A DNA stretch of 64,000 nt from an uncultured Candidatus Saccharibacteria bacterium (GTDB taxonomy: Bacteria; Patescibacteriota; Minisyncoccia; Portnoybacterales; UBA2143): assembly GCA_964413015.1 (NCBI GenBank), contig CAYPQZ010000008.1, positions 111,626 to 175,625 of the forward strand, read 5' to 3'. The notes under the pieces are model-generated. The model was not told where the DNA came from. It searched no databases and worked only from the letters and a program-made list of their open reading frames with translations. The translations under genes were made by a program, and so were the position numbers. Below are positions 53,796-63,508 of this stretch, one piece after another (position 1 is the first letter of the stretch; every line of letters starts with the position of its first letter).

Positions 53796-55418
53796 ATGAA
53801 TAATTTAAAAAAAACAGAGAAGAATAATCTCAAAAAAAAACCCGAAAACTCAAAATATCCTTTTATAGACTTAAGTAATAAAGAAATTCCAGTAGAGATT
53901 TTAAAGGAAATTCCTGAAGAAGCAGCCACTTTTTACAAGTTTGTTCCGATAAACAGGAAAGGCAATATTCTTGAGTTGGGAATGGTTGATCCGGAAGATC
54001 TTAAAGCTAAGGAAGCTATGAGGTTTATTACCAGGCGTAGCGGATTGGAGCCAAAGATATTCGCCGTTGACATGGTTGGATTAAGGAATGTCATTAAGCA
54101 GTACCGGACCCTTCACGGAGAAGTTAAAAAAGCGCTTAAAGAACTGCAGGGAGAATTGGAAACAGAAACCAAGGCCGAATCGTCCAAAGAGAAAATTAAA
54201 GATATCGCTAAAAAAATTACTGCAGACGCGCCGATAACTAAAATAGTGGCTGTTATTTTAAGACATGCGGTGGAAGGCCAGGCTTCGGATATTCACATAG
54301 AACCGGTGGAAGACAGGGTTAAAGTCCGTTTCAGGATCGACGGTATTCTTTATACCAGTATTTTTTTGCCAAAAGATATTCAGTCAGCCATTGTCTCTCG
54401 GATAAAAATACTTACCAGTTTAAAAATTGACGAAACCAGAGTACCTCAAGATGGTCGTTTTTCGACGACTATCCTTAACAAAAAGATTGATTTCCGGGTT
54501 TCCTCTTTCCCTAATGTTAACGGAGAAAAAGTCGCCTTAAGAGTTCTTGATCCGACTACTGGACTCAAGCCTTTTAGCGAATTAGGCCTGCAGGATTACA
54601 ATCTGAAAACTTTAGAAAAAGCGATTCAGCAGCCTTTTGGCATGATTCTAATAAGCGGGCCGACCGGTTCTGGAAAATCAACCACTCTTTACAGTATTTT
54701 ACAGAAATTAGACCGAGAAGAAGTTAATGTTATTAGTTTGGAGGATCCGGTTGAATACCATATTGGCAATGTAAATCAGTCCCAAATTAGGCCGGAAATC
54801 GGCTATACTTTTGCTTCGGGACTACGGCATATTTTAAGGCAGGATCCGGACATAATTATGGTTGGCGAGATTAGAGATGAAGAGACCGCGAATTTATCTA
54901 TTCATGCCGCTTTAACCGGACATGTTTTTCTTTCTACCTTGCATACTAATAACGCTATTGGAGTTGTCCCTCGTCTGGCGGATATGGGAATTAGCCCTTT
55001 TCTTTTGCCTTCTTCCTTAAATTTGGCTATTGCGCAGAGATTAGTTAGACGGCTTTGCCCTCATTGCCGTAAAGAAGTTGCGGCTTCGCCTCAAATAACC
55101 GAAGCGATTGGAAAAGAATTAACTGCCTTGAATCCAATCCACAGAAAGGCGTTCCCTTGGGAAAAACCCTATAAGATTTATAAATCAGCCGGCTGTAAGT
55201 TTTGCGCTAAAAAGGGTACCAAGGGCAGAATTGCTCTTTTTGAAATGCTGACCATGACCCCTCAATTAGAGAAGATTATAAACGAAGGGCCGAGTGAAGC
55301 GAAGATAAAAGAAGAAGCTGATCGGCAGGGAATGATTACCATGAAGCAGGATGGAATTAATAAAGTGCTTCAAGGAGTTATTTCTTTTGAAGAAATGCTG
55401 AGGGCGGTTGAGAATTAA
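53796..55418 (+). CDS. pilB: type IV pilus assembly ATPase PilB/GspE family
   Basis: GPTGSGKSTTL Walker A, Asp/His boxes, tetracysteine CPHC...C..C. Start at ATG 53796 (the ORF-track start overlaps the upstream gene). Confidence 0.85.
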   Translation: MNNLKKTEKNNLKKKPENSKYPFIDLSNKEIPVEILKEIPEEAATFYKFVPINRKGNILELGMVDPEDLKAKEAMRFITRRSGLEPKIFAVDMVGLRNVIKQYRTLHGEVKKALKELQGELETETKAESSKEKIKDIAKKITADAPITKIVAVILRHAVEGQASDIHIEPVEDRVKVRFRIDGILYTSIFLPKDIQSAIVSRIKILTSLKIDETRVPQDGRFSTTILNKKIDFRVSSFPNVNGEKVALRVLDPTTGLKPFSELGLQDYNLKTLEKAIQQPFGMILISGPTGSGKSTTLYSILQKLDREEVNVISLEDPVEYHIGNVNQSQIRPEIGYTFASGLRHILRQDPDIIMVGEIRDEETANLSIHAALTGHVFLSTLHTNNAIGVVPRLADMGISPFLLPSSLNLAIAQRLVRRLCPHCRKEVAASPQITEAIGKELTALNPIHRKAFPWEKPYKIYKSAGCKFCAKKGTKGRIALFEMLTMTPQLEKIINEGPSEAKIKEEADRQGMITMKQDGINKVLQGVISFEEMLRAVEN

Positions 55419-55430
55419 TAATGAGTAAAA

Positions 55431-55907
55431 ATGAAAATTAAGCACAAAAGATTTACCTCGCACCTTTTAAGAATAGGCGCGGGGCGCCAAAAAAATAAAG
55501 AATTCTTGAAGAGTGCGGGGTTTACTTTAAGAGAGCTTTTAGTGGTGGTGGCTATAATTGGTCTCTTAGTGGCGATATCTACAATCAGTGTGGCAAAAAT
55601 TAAAACTAGAAAACAGGATGTCCATCGGGTGAGCGACATAAAATCCATTCAGGAAGCGCTGGCTATGTATCATAACGACTTCCAATTATATCCGATTTAC
55701 GATGGCTATATTACGGGAAGTGACTATATGTCAAATGAATTAATAAGTAATGGTGCAATTCGGCAGGTTCCGACTGATCCGGTAAATCTAGGCGATTATC
55801 AGTATTATTATCAATCTGTTGATGGCTCCGATTATTTAATAGAATATCATTTAGAAACAGATTCAATCGAAGGCAAATCACAGGGATTAAATACCTCTAT
55901 TCCATAA
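55431..55907 (+). CDS. type IV pilin-like protein (long leader)
   Basis: G|FTLRELLVVVAIIGLL class III signal. Confidence 0.65.
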   Translation: MKIKHKRFTSHLLRIGAGRQKNKEFLKSAGFTLRELLVVVAIIGLLVAISTISVAKIKTRKQDVHRVSDIKSIQEALAMYHNDFQLYPIYDGYITGSDYMSNELISNGAIRQVPTDPVNLGDYQYYYQSVDGSDYLIEYHLETDSIEGKSQGLNTSIP

Positions 55908-55993
55908 TTTGATTACGAAACACGAAGAATTACCAAAATACGAAAAACGACAATTCGTATATTAGTATAAAATTCGTAATTCGTAGAGAAATC

Positions 55994-56380
55994 ATGAAAA
56001 AAATTCTAATTATTGAAGACGATTCGTTCCTTAGCGAGATGTATTTGTCAAAATTTAATCAGAGCAATTTTCAAGCGGAAGTTGCCGCTGACGGCAAGGA
56101 AGGGCTGAATAAAGTTAAATCATTCAGGCCTGATTTGATTCTTCTAGACATTGTTTTGCCTAAAATGGACGGATTCGAAGTTCTTAAAGAAATAAAAAAC
56201 GATTCAGAATTGAAGAAAATTCCAGTTGTCCTTTTAACTAATCTTGGTCAGAAAAGCGAGGTTGAAAAAGGGCTGTCTTTAGGCGCCGAAGAATATATTA
56301 TTAAAGCTCATTTTACTCCCAGCGCTGTTGTTGAAAGGTCTAAAGAAATTATTAATAAGCAAATAACTAAGAATGAATAA
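55994..56380 (+). CDS. CheY-like response-regulator receiver protein (PilH-like)
   Basis: DD...D...K receiver residues; no output domain. Confidence 0.7.
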   Translation: MKKILIIEDDSFLSEMYLSKFNQSNFQAEVAADGKEGLNKVKSFRPDLILLDIVLPKMDGFEVLKEIKNDSELKKIPVVLLTNLGQKSEVEKGLSLGAEEYIIKAHFTPSAVVERSKEIINKQITKNE

Positions 56381-57449
56381 CGAAAATTACCAAAAACAGC
56401 TTGAAGAAATTTTAGAATTAGCCATAAAAAGGGACGCTAGCGATGTACATTTATCAGTTGGCAAGCCGCCTGTTTTCAGAATTAATGGAGAATTAATCTC
56501 TTTTAAGGGAAAGGCGGTTTTGTCTAAAGAAGATACTCAAGGATTGGCTTTCACGATTCTTACTGAAGAAAAAAAAGATAAGTTTCTTAGCCAAAAGGAT
56601 ATTGATTTATCTTTCACCTTTCAAAAAAAAGCACGTTTCAGGGTCAATGTTTACATGCAGTTAGGGAAAATCAGTATTGCCTTACGCTTGATTCATGGTA
56701 AAATCAGGACTATTGAAGAACTAAAATTACCCGCTATTTCCTATGAGATTGCTAGAGCTCCTCAAGGATTCTTTTTAGTAGTTGGACCTTCCGGACAAGG
56801 GAAATCTACCGCTTTAGCGGCTTTAGTTAATGAAATCAATCATACTCGCTGTGATCACATTGTTACTATCGAAGACCCAGTAGAGTATTTATTTAAGGAA
56901 GACAAATGTATTATTGATCAACGGGAAGTCGGCGAGGATGTCCAAGATTTTCACCGAGGCCTGCGCGAGGTTTTCCGGCAGGACCCGGATGTAATTATGA
57001 TTGGCGAAATGCGCGACCAGGAAACAATTAGCAGCGCAGTGACCGCGGCTGAAACCGGACATTTGGTTTTGACAACCTTGCATACCAATACGGTCTCGCA
57101 GACAATTGACCGAATCATTGACAGCTTTCCGCCGCATCAACAAAACCAGATAAGAATGCAATTGTCATCGACAATTTTAGGAATTTTTTCACGCCGATTA
57201 ATCCCTAGTCCTAAAGAAGGAATGATTAATGCGGTTGAATTGATGATTGCCAATTCAGCTATTAGGAACCTGATTAGAGAAGGGAAAACCCATCAGATAG
57301 ATATGATTATTGAAACCAGCTCGGAAGAAGGAATGATTTCTTTGAATCGTTCTCTAGTTGATTTGGTCAATCAGGGAATGATTTCTTTGGAAAACGCCGA
57401 GCTGCATTCAACCAACCTTTCGGAATTGAGAATGTTGTTAAAGAAATAA
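56373..57449 (+). CDS. pilT: twitching-motility/retraction ATPase PilT
   Basis: GPSGQGKST Walker A, PilT family length and motifs. Confidence 0.8.
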   Translation: MNNENYQKQLEEILELAIKRDASDVHLSVGKPPVFRINGELISFKGKAVLSKEDTQGLAFTILTEEKKDKFLSQKDIDLSFTFQKKARFRVNVYMQLGKISIALRLIHGKIRTIEELKLPAISYEIARAPQGFFLVVGPSGQGKSTALAALVNEINHTRCDHIVTIEDPVEYLFKEDKCIIDQREVGEDVQDFHRGLREVFRQDPDVIMIGEMRDQETISSAVTAAETGHLVLTTLHTNTVSQTIDRIIDSFPPHQQNQIRMQLSSTILGIFSRRLIPSPKEGMINAVELMIANSAIRNLIREGKTHQIDMIIETSSEEGMISLNRSLVDLVNQGMISLENAELHSTNLSELRMLLKK

Positions 57450-57458
57450 ATTTGACAT

Positions 57459-58664
57459 ATGAAATTTAATTATTTAGTCAGAACCAAAGATGGAGAATTG
57501 CAGAGTGGAGAAGTTAAGGCGATTGATAAAGAAGTAGCTATAAAAACTCTGCAAAATAATGATTTGATAGTTATTAAGCTTCAGCCAAATCATAAGATTT
57601 CTCTTTTGGCAAAGGATATCAGCATCTTTAATCGAATTAAGCGGAAAGAAATATTTGTTTTTTTCCGGCAACTGTCTATTTTGGTAGAGGCAAACATTCC
57701 TTTAGTTCATGCCTTAAAATCTTTGGGTCAGCAGGTAAAAAGCCCCTATTTTGAGGAAATTATTTTTGATATAGCCAATAATGTAGACGGAGGCATGTCT
57801 CTGTCCCAGTCTATGTCAAAATACCCCAAAGTATTTTCTAATTTTTCCATAAACTTAATAAAGTCAGGCGAAGTCAGCGGGCGGCTTCAGGAAACACTAA
57901 ATTATTTGGCCGATTATTTGGAAAAAGAATATGAACTTATTTCAAAGATAAGAGGGGCGATGGCATATCCGGCTTTTATTCTAAGCGCTTTCTTGATAAT
58001 AGGGGTTCTAGTTATGATTATGGTTATTCCCAATTTAACGGACATTTTGCTTGAAAGCGGTCAAGATTTACCATGGACGACTAAAGTGGTTATTGCGGTC
58101 AGCGGATTTATAAGCAGTTTTTGGTGGGTCGTTCTGTTGTTATTAATCATCGGTTTTTTCTGCTTTTCTAGATATAAGAAAACCGAACGTGGAAAGGAAT
58201 ATTGGGATAGGATTAAATTAAGAATCCCTGTTTTCGGGGAACTTCTTCAGAAAATGTATTTAGCCCGTCTGGCTAACAATTTGAGCGCCTTGACAAAAGG
58301 CGGGGTTTCGATTATTCAAAGCTTGAGTATTTCCGGACATGTAGTCAATAATGCAGTTTTTCAGAAAATTCTTTTTCAAGCCAGAGATAAGGTAAAAACA
58401 GGTAAAAATATTAGTTCAGTTTTTGAAAAACATAAAGAATTTCCTCCCTTGTTTTGCCAAATGATTAAAACTGGGGAAAAAACCGGAAAGTTGGACGCTC
58501 TTTTGGAAAAATTAAGCAATTTTTACACCAAAGAAGTGGATAATGTAGTTAATAGCTTGAGCCAGTTAATTGAACCCTTGTTAATAGTTGTTTTGGGCGT
58601 CGGCATTGGGATTTTGGTTATGGCCGTTTTTATGCCGATATATAATCTGACCGGGAGTTTTTAA
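57459..58664 (+). CDS. pilC: type IV pilus platform protein PilC (T2SS F family)
   Basis: Two GspF repeats, three TM helices. Confidence 0.8.
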   Translation: MKFNYLVRTKDGELQSGEVKAIDKEVAIKTLQNNDLIVIKLQPNHKISLLAKDISIFNRIKRKEIFVFFRQLSILVEANIPLVHALKSLGQQVKSPYFEEIIFDIANNVDGGMSLSQSMSKYPKVFSNFSINLIKSGEVSGRLQETLNYLADYLEKEYELISKIRGAMAYPAFILSAFLIIGVLVMIMVIPNLTDILLESGQDLPWTTKVVIAVSGFISSFWWVVLLLLIIGFFCFSRYKKTERGKEYWDRIKLRIPVFGELLQKMYLARLANNLSALTKGGVSIIQSLSISGHVVNNAVFQKILFQARDKVKTGKNISSVFEKHKEFPPLFCQMIKTGEKTGKLDALLEKLSNFYTKEVDNVVNSLSQLIEPLLIVVLGVGIGILVMAVFMPIYNLTGSF

Positions 58665-58911
58665 ATAATAAAAATATAGGTTTTGGGAATATATTACAAT
58701 GACAATATAGGGATTGGTTATTCAGGAACTGATATAAGTAATCAATGAGGAGATTGTTCCTGGGGGATGTTCAAGGTGTTAATAGATGGAGAATACCTTC
58801 TTGAGCCAGTAGATTGACGGTTTTGTACTAGGATGTTTCTACAACGACCCTGCTTATTGTTTGAAATCATAAAGGTCGGGAATAAAAATAATAAAAATTG
58901 CGCGAAAGGGG

Positions 58912-59400
58912 GTGAAAAAAATGTTAAAGATTTTTAGCGCCAGAAAAGGTGAAAAAGGTTTTACCTTAATTGAGCTTTTAGTGGTTATGGCCATTATTGG
59001 AATTTTGGCAACCATTGTTTTAGTTTCCTTAAACACGGCCAGGCAAAAAGCCCGTGATACTCGTCGCATCAGCGATTTAAGGCAGGTCGCTTTAGCTTTG
59101 GAAATGTATTATGATGATAATGGCGGTTATCCGTCTGATACTACTGCCAGCGATGATGACTGGGCGGTTTTAGAAACAGAGCTGGAAGCGTCTCCTGTTT
59201 ACATGACTTCAGTTCCGTCTGACCCGGGCAGTAATACTTATGTTTATCATCCGAGTGGGACAACGGACAATGGTGCAACTGATTATGTCTTAGGAGCAAC
59301 TTTAGAGAATACAGATAATAAAGCTCTTGATGATGCTTATGACGGTACCGCTAATGGATTAGATTGTTCCGATTCAGGGCTTTACTGTATAATGCCTTAA
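58912..59400 (+). CDS. pilA: type IV major pilin
   Basis: KG|FTLIELLVVMAIIGIL prepilin signal, Ser/Thr/Asp-rich C-terminus. SD GGGGGTGA. Confidence 0.8.
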   Translation: MKKMLKIFSARKGEKGFTLIELLVVMAIIGILATIVLVSLNTARQKARDTRRISDLRQVALALEMYYDDNGGYPSDTTASDDDWAVLETELEASPVYMTSVPSDPGSNTYVYHPSGTTDNGATDYVLGATLENTDNKALDDAYDGTANGLDCSDSGLYCIMP

Positions 59401-59404
59401 TTTT

Positions 59405-59485
59405 TAGTTAAATAACCTGGTAATCGGGAAGCTTAGCAGGACCGGATGTTTTCTGCTAAGCTTGAGATTATCAGGTTATTTGTGT
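59405..59485 (+). terminator. long imperfect hairpin after pilA
   Basis: About 30-bp stem AAATAACCTGGTAATCGGGAAGCTTAGCAGG / CTGCTAAGCTTGAGATTATCAGGTTATTT. Confidence 0.5.
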
Positions 59486-59520
59486 AAAAGAGCCAAAAGG
59501 CGATTTTTAAAAATTTAAGG

Positions 59521-59610
59521 ATTGTCATTGAGAGTAGTGACCTTCCGCCGAAGGCGGAAAGTTACGCTCACCTGTCCGCCTCCGGAGGGAAAAGACGATT
59601 CTTAAATTTT
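59521..59610 (+). other. conserved ~90-nt non-coding element, copy B
   Basis: See copy A (35240-35330). Confidence 0.6.
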
Positions 59611-59694
59611 GACAAGCTTCCATGATAAGAACAGTCTTTAAAATGACGCCCTTGTGCTCAAGGGACATCATTTTAAGGACTGTCCTTTAATGAC

Positions 59695-60486
59695 ATGTTT
59701 ATTTATCTTTTCATCTTTTTATTTGGCCTGATGATCGGCAGTTTCCTGAATGTAGTTATTTACCGTTTAGAAACCAAAGAGTCAATCATTAAAGGCCGCT
59801 CTCATTGTTTAGAATGTGGCGTTGTTTTGAAGTGGTATGATAATATTCCGTTATTAAGTTTTATTTTTCTGCGCGGCCGCTGTCGTTTCTGCGGGCAGAA
59901 AATAAGCTGGCAGTACCCTATAGTCGAAATAGCGACTGCTTCGTTATTTCTTCTAATTTTTAATTTTAAATTTTTAATTTTTAAACAGTTTTTAATTTTT
60001 AATTTTATAGACTTAATTTATCTCTGGTTTATTGCATCGGTTTTGATAATTATTTTTGCTTATGACTTAAAGCATTATATTATTCCTGACAAGATTGTTT
60101 ACCCAGCCATTGTCGTATCTGGTATTTGGTATTTAGTATCTGGCATTCTTATACGAAATACGAAATACGAGTTACGAGATACTATTCTGGGTGCCGTTTT
60201 GACTGCTCTGTTTTTTTTCCTGATAGTCCTTATTACTAAAGGCAAAGGTATGGGCTTGGGTGATGTTAAGCTGGCTTTCTTAATGGGTTTAGCGCTGGGC
60301 TGGCCCAGTATTTTAATCGCCCTGTTTTTATCTTTTATGAGCGGAGCGATTGTTGGCATAGGATTGATAGCGGTTGGCAAAAAAGGCCTGAAATCGCAAA
60401 TTCCCTTTGGTCCGTTTCTATCAGCTAGCGCAATCTTTGTTCTGGTTTTTAAAGACTATTTGACAATGTTTTTAGATAAAATATAA
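59695..60486 (+). CDS. pilD: prepilin peptidase (A24 family) PilD
   Basis: N-terminal CLEC...C..C zinc finger, DLKHYIIPD and GLGDVK catalytic Asp motifs. Confidence 0.8.
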   Translation: MFIYLFIFLFGLMIGSFLNVVIYRLETKESIIKGRSHCLECGVVLKWYDNIPLLSFIFLRGRCRFCGQKISWQYPIVEIATASLFLLIFNFKFLIFKQFLIFNFIDLIYLWFIASVLIIIFAYDLKHYIIPDKIVYPAIVVSGIWYLVSGILIRNTKYELRDTILGAVLTALFFFLIVLITKGKGMGLGDVKLAFLMGLALGWPSILIALFLSFMSGAIVGIGLIAVGKKGLKSQIPFGPFLSASAIFVLVFKDYLTMFLDKI

Positions 60487-60513
60487 TATTAATAAGAAAG
60501 GAGGATTAAGTTT

Positions 60514-60963
60514 ATGAATAAAAAATTGTCTATTCCAATTTTTTTAATATTGCTTATTTTAATAATAGCCGCGGCTAATTATTGCTATTATTTTATTTAC
60601 CAAAAAGCAGAAGTTAATCAGGATTCAGAGAATCAGGATAATCAAGAAGGAATAATAGATGAGCAGGAAAACGCCCAAGAACCAGCCAGTAATTTTTTAG
60701 AAGGCGTTTTTCAAAAACAGGAGGATAATTTTGCTTATGTTATTCCAAAAGACGAGGAGGATGCTGAAAAAATTAAATTAACCGAAGAAACTGTTTTTTC
60801 AGAAGTAATCTTTTCCAGCCAACTGGAAGTCATTGAGGAAAAAGAAATTGATCGGTCCGTTATTAAAGAAGGAAATCCAATTGTGGTCTTTTTCTCTAGT
60901 GATGATACGACCGAAGACAAAATAGCTTTAGCCCTTAAACGAATAATTGTAGAAAATGAATAA
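60514..60963 (+). CDS. hypothetical acidic membrane-anchored protein
   Basis: N-terminal TM, Glu/Asp/Gln-rich. Confidence 0.35.
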   Translation: MNKKLSIPIFLILLILIIAAANYCYYFIYQKAEVNQDSENQDNQEGIIDEQENAQEPASNFLEGVFQKQEDNFAYVIPKDEEDAEKIKLTEETVFSEVIFSSQLEVIEEKEIDRSVIKEGNPIVVFFSSDDTTEDKIALALKRIIVENE

Positions 60964-61354
60964 TAATGGAATAAAATTCTCTTTAAACCTCGAAGCCTAC
61001 CCTTTGGAGGCAATCTACGGGGCGGCCTATGTTTTTATTGACAAGGCATATTTGTTTTTAGATAATCCTTCTTCTAAAAAAATTGAAGTATTCCTAAAAA
61101 GCAAAACCCAAAAAAGCAAAAAACAATTAGAGAATTTAAAAGGAGAGTTTTTGAACGAACTTTTGAATTATACTCTAAGAGTTAATTTAAATAAGCGCAA
61201 CCGGAAGATAAGGGAATACATTGTTAATCAAGCTTTGTTTTCAGCCGTTAAACAGGAAGAGATTAAACAGGAAGATAAATTGGGGTATCAGGACGACCCC
61301 TTAGGTATTGCAGTTCCTTGGGAAGAGAAATATGGAAAGAAAAATTCTGATTAA
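60956..61354 (+). CDS. hypothetical protein (possible accessory of the His-Xaa-Ser locus)
   Basis: 132 aa, no motif recognised. Overlaps its neighbours in an operon-like arrangement. Confidence 0.3.
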   Translation: MNNNGIKFSLNLEAYPLEAIYGAAYVFIDKAYLFLDNPSSKKIEVFLKSKTQKSKKQLENLKGEFLNELLNYTLRVNLNKRNRKIREYIVNQALFSAVKQEEIKQEDKLGYQDDPLGIAVPWEEKYGKKNSD

Positions 61355-61547
61355 TTTCAATAAAAAAATATATCCTCTCAGGGCAGTAAAATTAGCCATA
61401 AAAGAATATCGAAACTTGGCTAATTTTAGTTTGAGACAAAAAGGAAATTATATAATAGTAGAATTAAAAGATATTGACAAAGATGTTGTAGAAATAATCA
61501 AGGATGAATTTTGCAATTATGTCCTCTTTAAATCTAAACAAAGTTAA
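61308..61547 (+). CDS. small hypothetical protein (possible HxsD-like accessory)
   Basis: 79 aa, overlaps the start of the radical-SAM gene. Confidence 0.3.
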   Translation: MQFLGKRNMERKILINFNKKIYPLRAVKLAIKEYRNLANFSLRQKGNYIIVELKDIDKDVVEIIKDEFCNYVLFKSKQS

Positions 61548-62979
61548 ATACAATCAGCTTGGGTTTTTCCGTTTTAAGAAATTTAAGAATAAATATCTTT
61601 TAACTAACGATATTGGTGATTACATATTCTTGAAAGAAAAAGAATTTGATAATTTTTTAACTGGCAATTTAGAAAAAGACAAAGAGCCGTATCTATCTTT
61701 AAAAGAAAAAAACTTTCTGAAAGATGAAATAGATTTGACTGGAATGATAGAAAAATATCGTTCTAAAAAAGCTTTTCTTTTTGACGGGCCCAGTTTGCAT
61801 ATTGTGGTTGTCACTTTAAGATGCAATCATCGATGCGTTTATTGCCATGCCAGCGCTCAGGATATGGATAGGAAGGATTTGGATATGGGGCAGGATATAG
61901 CCAAGCAGGTAGTTGAGAAAATTTTTCAAACCCCCAGCCCTTTTGTGGCCATCGAATTTCAGGGCGGCGAGCCCTTAATCAATTGGCCAGTGGTTAAGTT
62001 AATTATTGAACAGGCACAGAAGAGAAACAAACAAGCTAAAAAAGATTTGCAGATTCGTTTGGTCTCCAATTTTGATTTTATGACCGAGGAAAAGTTTGAA
62101 TATTTGCTTGATAAAAAGGTGAGTTTATGTGTTTCTCTAGATGGTCCGGAAGAATTGCACAACAGAAATCGACCGATTAGGGACTCTATAAAAGGATATA
62201 GTAATTACAAGAATATAGCTAAGTGGGTTAGGAAATTTAATAAGCTTTATTCGCAGCTAAAGAAGAAAGGCTATATTTATAGAATTGCCGGTCGAGTAAC
62301 TATTAGTCGTTATTCTTTGCCTAAAGCTGAAGAAATTGTTGACCAGTATCTTAAATTAGGTTTTGACAGCTTTTATTTGCATCATCTTAATCCTTTTGGT
62401 TTTTCTAAGGAAAGCCAAAAAAAAATTGGCTATTCTGCTGAAGAATATATCAATTTCTACAAAAAAGCCCTTAATTATGTTATCCAGCTGAATCTTAAAG
62501 GCAAAAAATTCAAAGAAAGGATGGCTTTAACTTTTTTAACCAAGATTTTAACTGAAACTGACCCTAATCATTTAGATTACCGGTCGCCTTGCGGAGCCGG
62601 TATCGGCCAATTGGCTTACAATTACAACGGAGATGTTTATACCTGCGACGAAGGAAGAATGTTAAGCATGATGGGAGATGAAAGTTTCCGCTTGGGCAAT
62701 ATTAAAAAAAACAGCTATCAGGAAATAGTTGCCAATCCGATTGTCCGGACCCTGGCCACCGCTTCTTGCTTGGAAGATGTTCCTGGATGCAGTGATTGCG
62801 TTTACAAACCATATTGCGGAGTTTGTCCTATTTACAATTATTTCTCCCAAGGAAATATTTTTGGTCAAGCTCCTAATAACCAAAGGTGTCAAATAAATAA
62901 GGCCATTTTGGATTTTTTATTTGAAAAACTAGAAGATCCTAAAATCAGAACAATCTTGGAAACTTGGCCTAAGAAATAG
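61504..62979 (+). CDS. radical SAM / SPASM-domain peptide maturase (His-Xaa-Ser system HxsB/HxsC-like)
   Basis: CNHRCVYCHA (CxxxCxxC) and a C-terminal Cys-rich SPASM region CDEG...CSDCVYKPYCGVCP. Directly upstream of the His-Gly-Ser repeat peptide. Confidence 0.7.
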   Translation: MNFAIMSSLNLNKVKYNQLGFFRFKKFKNKYLLTNDIGDYIFLKEKEFDNFLTGNLEKDKEPYLSLKEKNFLKDEIDLTGMIEKYRSKKAFLFDGPSLHIVVVTLRCNHRCVYCHASAQDMDRKDLDMGQDIAKQVVEKIFQTPSPFVAIEFQGGEPLINWPVVKLIIEQAQKRNKQAKKDLQIRLVSNFDFMTEEKFEYLLDKKVSLCVSLDGPEELHNRNRPIRDSIKGYSNYKNIAKWVRKFNKLYSQLKKKGYIYRIAGRVTISRYSLPKAEEIVDQYLKLGFDSFYLHHLNPFGFSKESQKKIGYSAEEYINFYKKALNYVIQLNLKGKKFKERMALTFLTKILTETDPNHLDYRSPCGAGIGQLAYNYNGDVYTCDEGRMLSMMGDESFRLGNIKKNSYQEIVANPIVRTLATASCLEDVPGCSDCVYKPYCGVCPIYNYFSQGNIFGQAPNNQRCQINKAILDFLFEKLEDPKIRTILETWPKK

Positions 62980-63040
62980 ATTTGAGTTATCCACAAATAA
63001 AGATTAAATTAATCGTTAAAAATTGCTATAATAAAGACAA

Positions 63041-63496
63041 ATGATTAAGAATAAGTTGCCTCAGGTCAAAAAAGACATTAAGGCCTTTTTAACTAGCGAA
63101 GAAGGCAGGATTAATAAAAAGAAAGTGGCTAAAATCGCTATGACTGTTTTAGCTTTGGGGATTGGTTTGGCCGGAGCAATGAAGCCGGATCCAAGTTCAG
63201 CTGCTTGTTCTCACGCTTCTCATGGCTCTCACAGCTCCCATAGTTCCCATGGCTCCCATGGCTCTCATGGTTCCCATGGTTCCCATGGCTCCCATGGCTC
63301 TCATAGTTCTCATAGCTCTCATAGTTCCCATGGCTCTCATGGCTCCCATGGTTCCCATGGTTCCCATGGTTCCCATGGCTCCCATGGCTCCCATGGTTCC
63401 CATGGTTCCCATGGTTCCCATAGTTCCCATGGCTCCCATGGTTCCCATGGCTCCCATGGTTCCCATAGCTCCCATAGCTCCCATAGCTCTTATTAA
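63041..63496 (+). CDS. His-Xaa-Ser repeat precursor peptide (leader + ~30x S-H-G/S)
   Basis: N-terminal leader with one hydrophobic stretch, then SHGSHGSHSSH... to the stop. Confidence 0.7.
   Translation: MIKNKLPQVKKDIKAFLTSEEGRINKKKVAKIAMTVLALGIGLAGAMKPDPSSAACSHASHGSHSSHSSHGSHGSHGSHGSHGSHGSHSSHSSHSSHGSHGSHGSHGSHGSHGSHGSHGSHGSHGSHSSHGSHGSHGSHGSHSSHSSHSSY
63214..63493 (+). repeat. tandem 9-bp repeat (TCCCATGGY/TCYCATAGY) x ~31
   Basis: Direct nonamer array encoding the SHG/SHS repeats. Confidence 0.9.
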
Positions 63497-63508
63497 ATTT
63501 GTAATATG

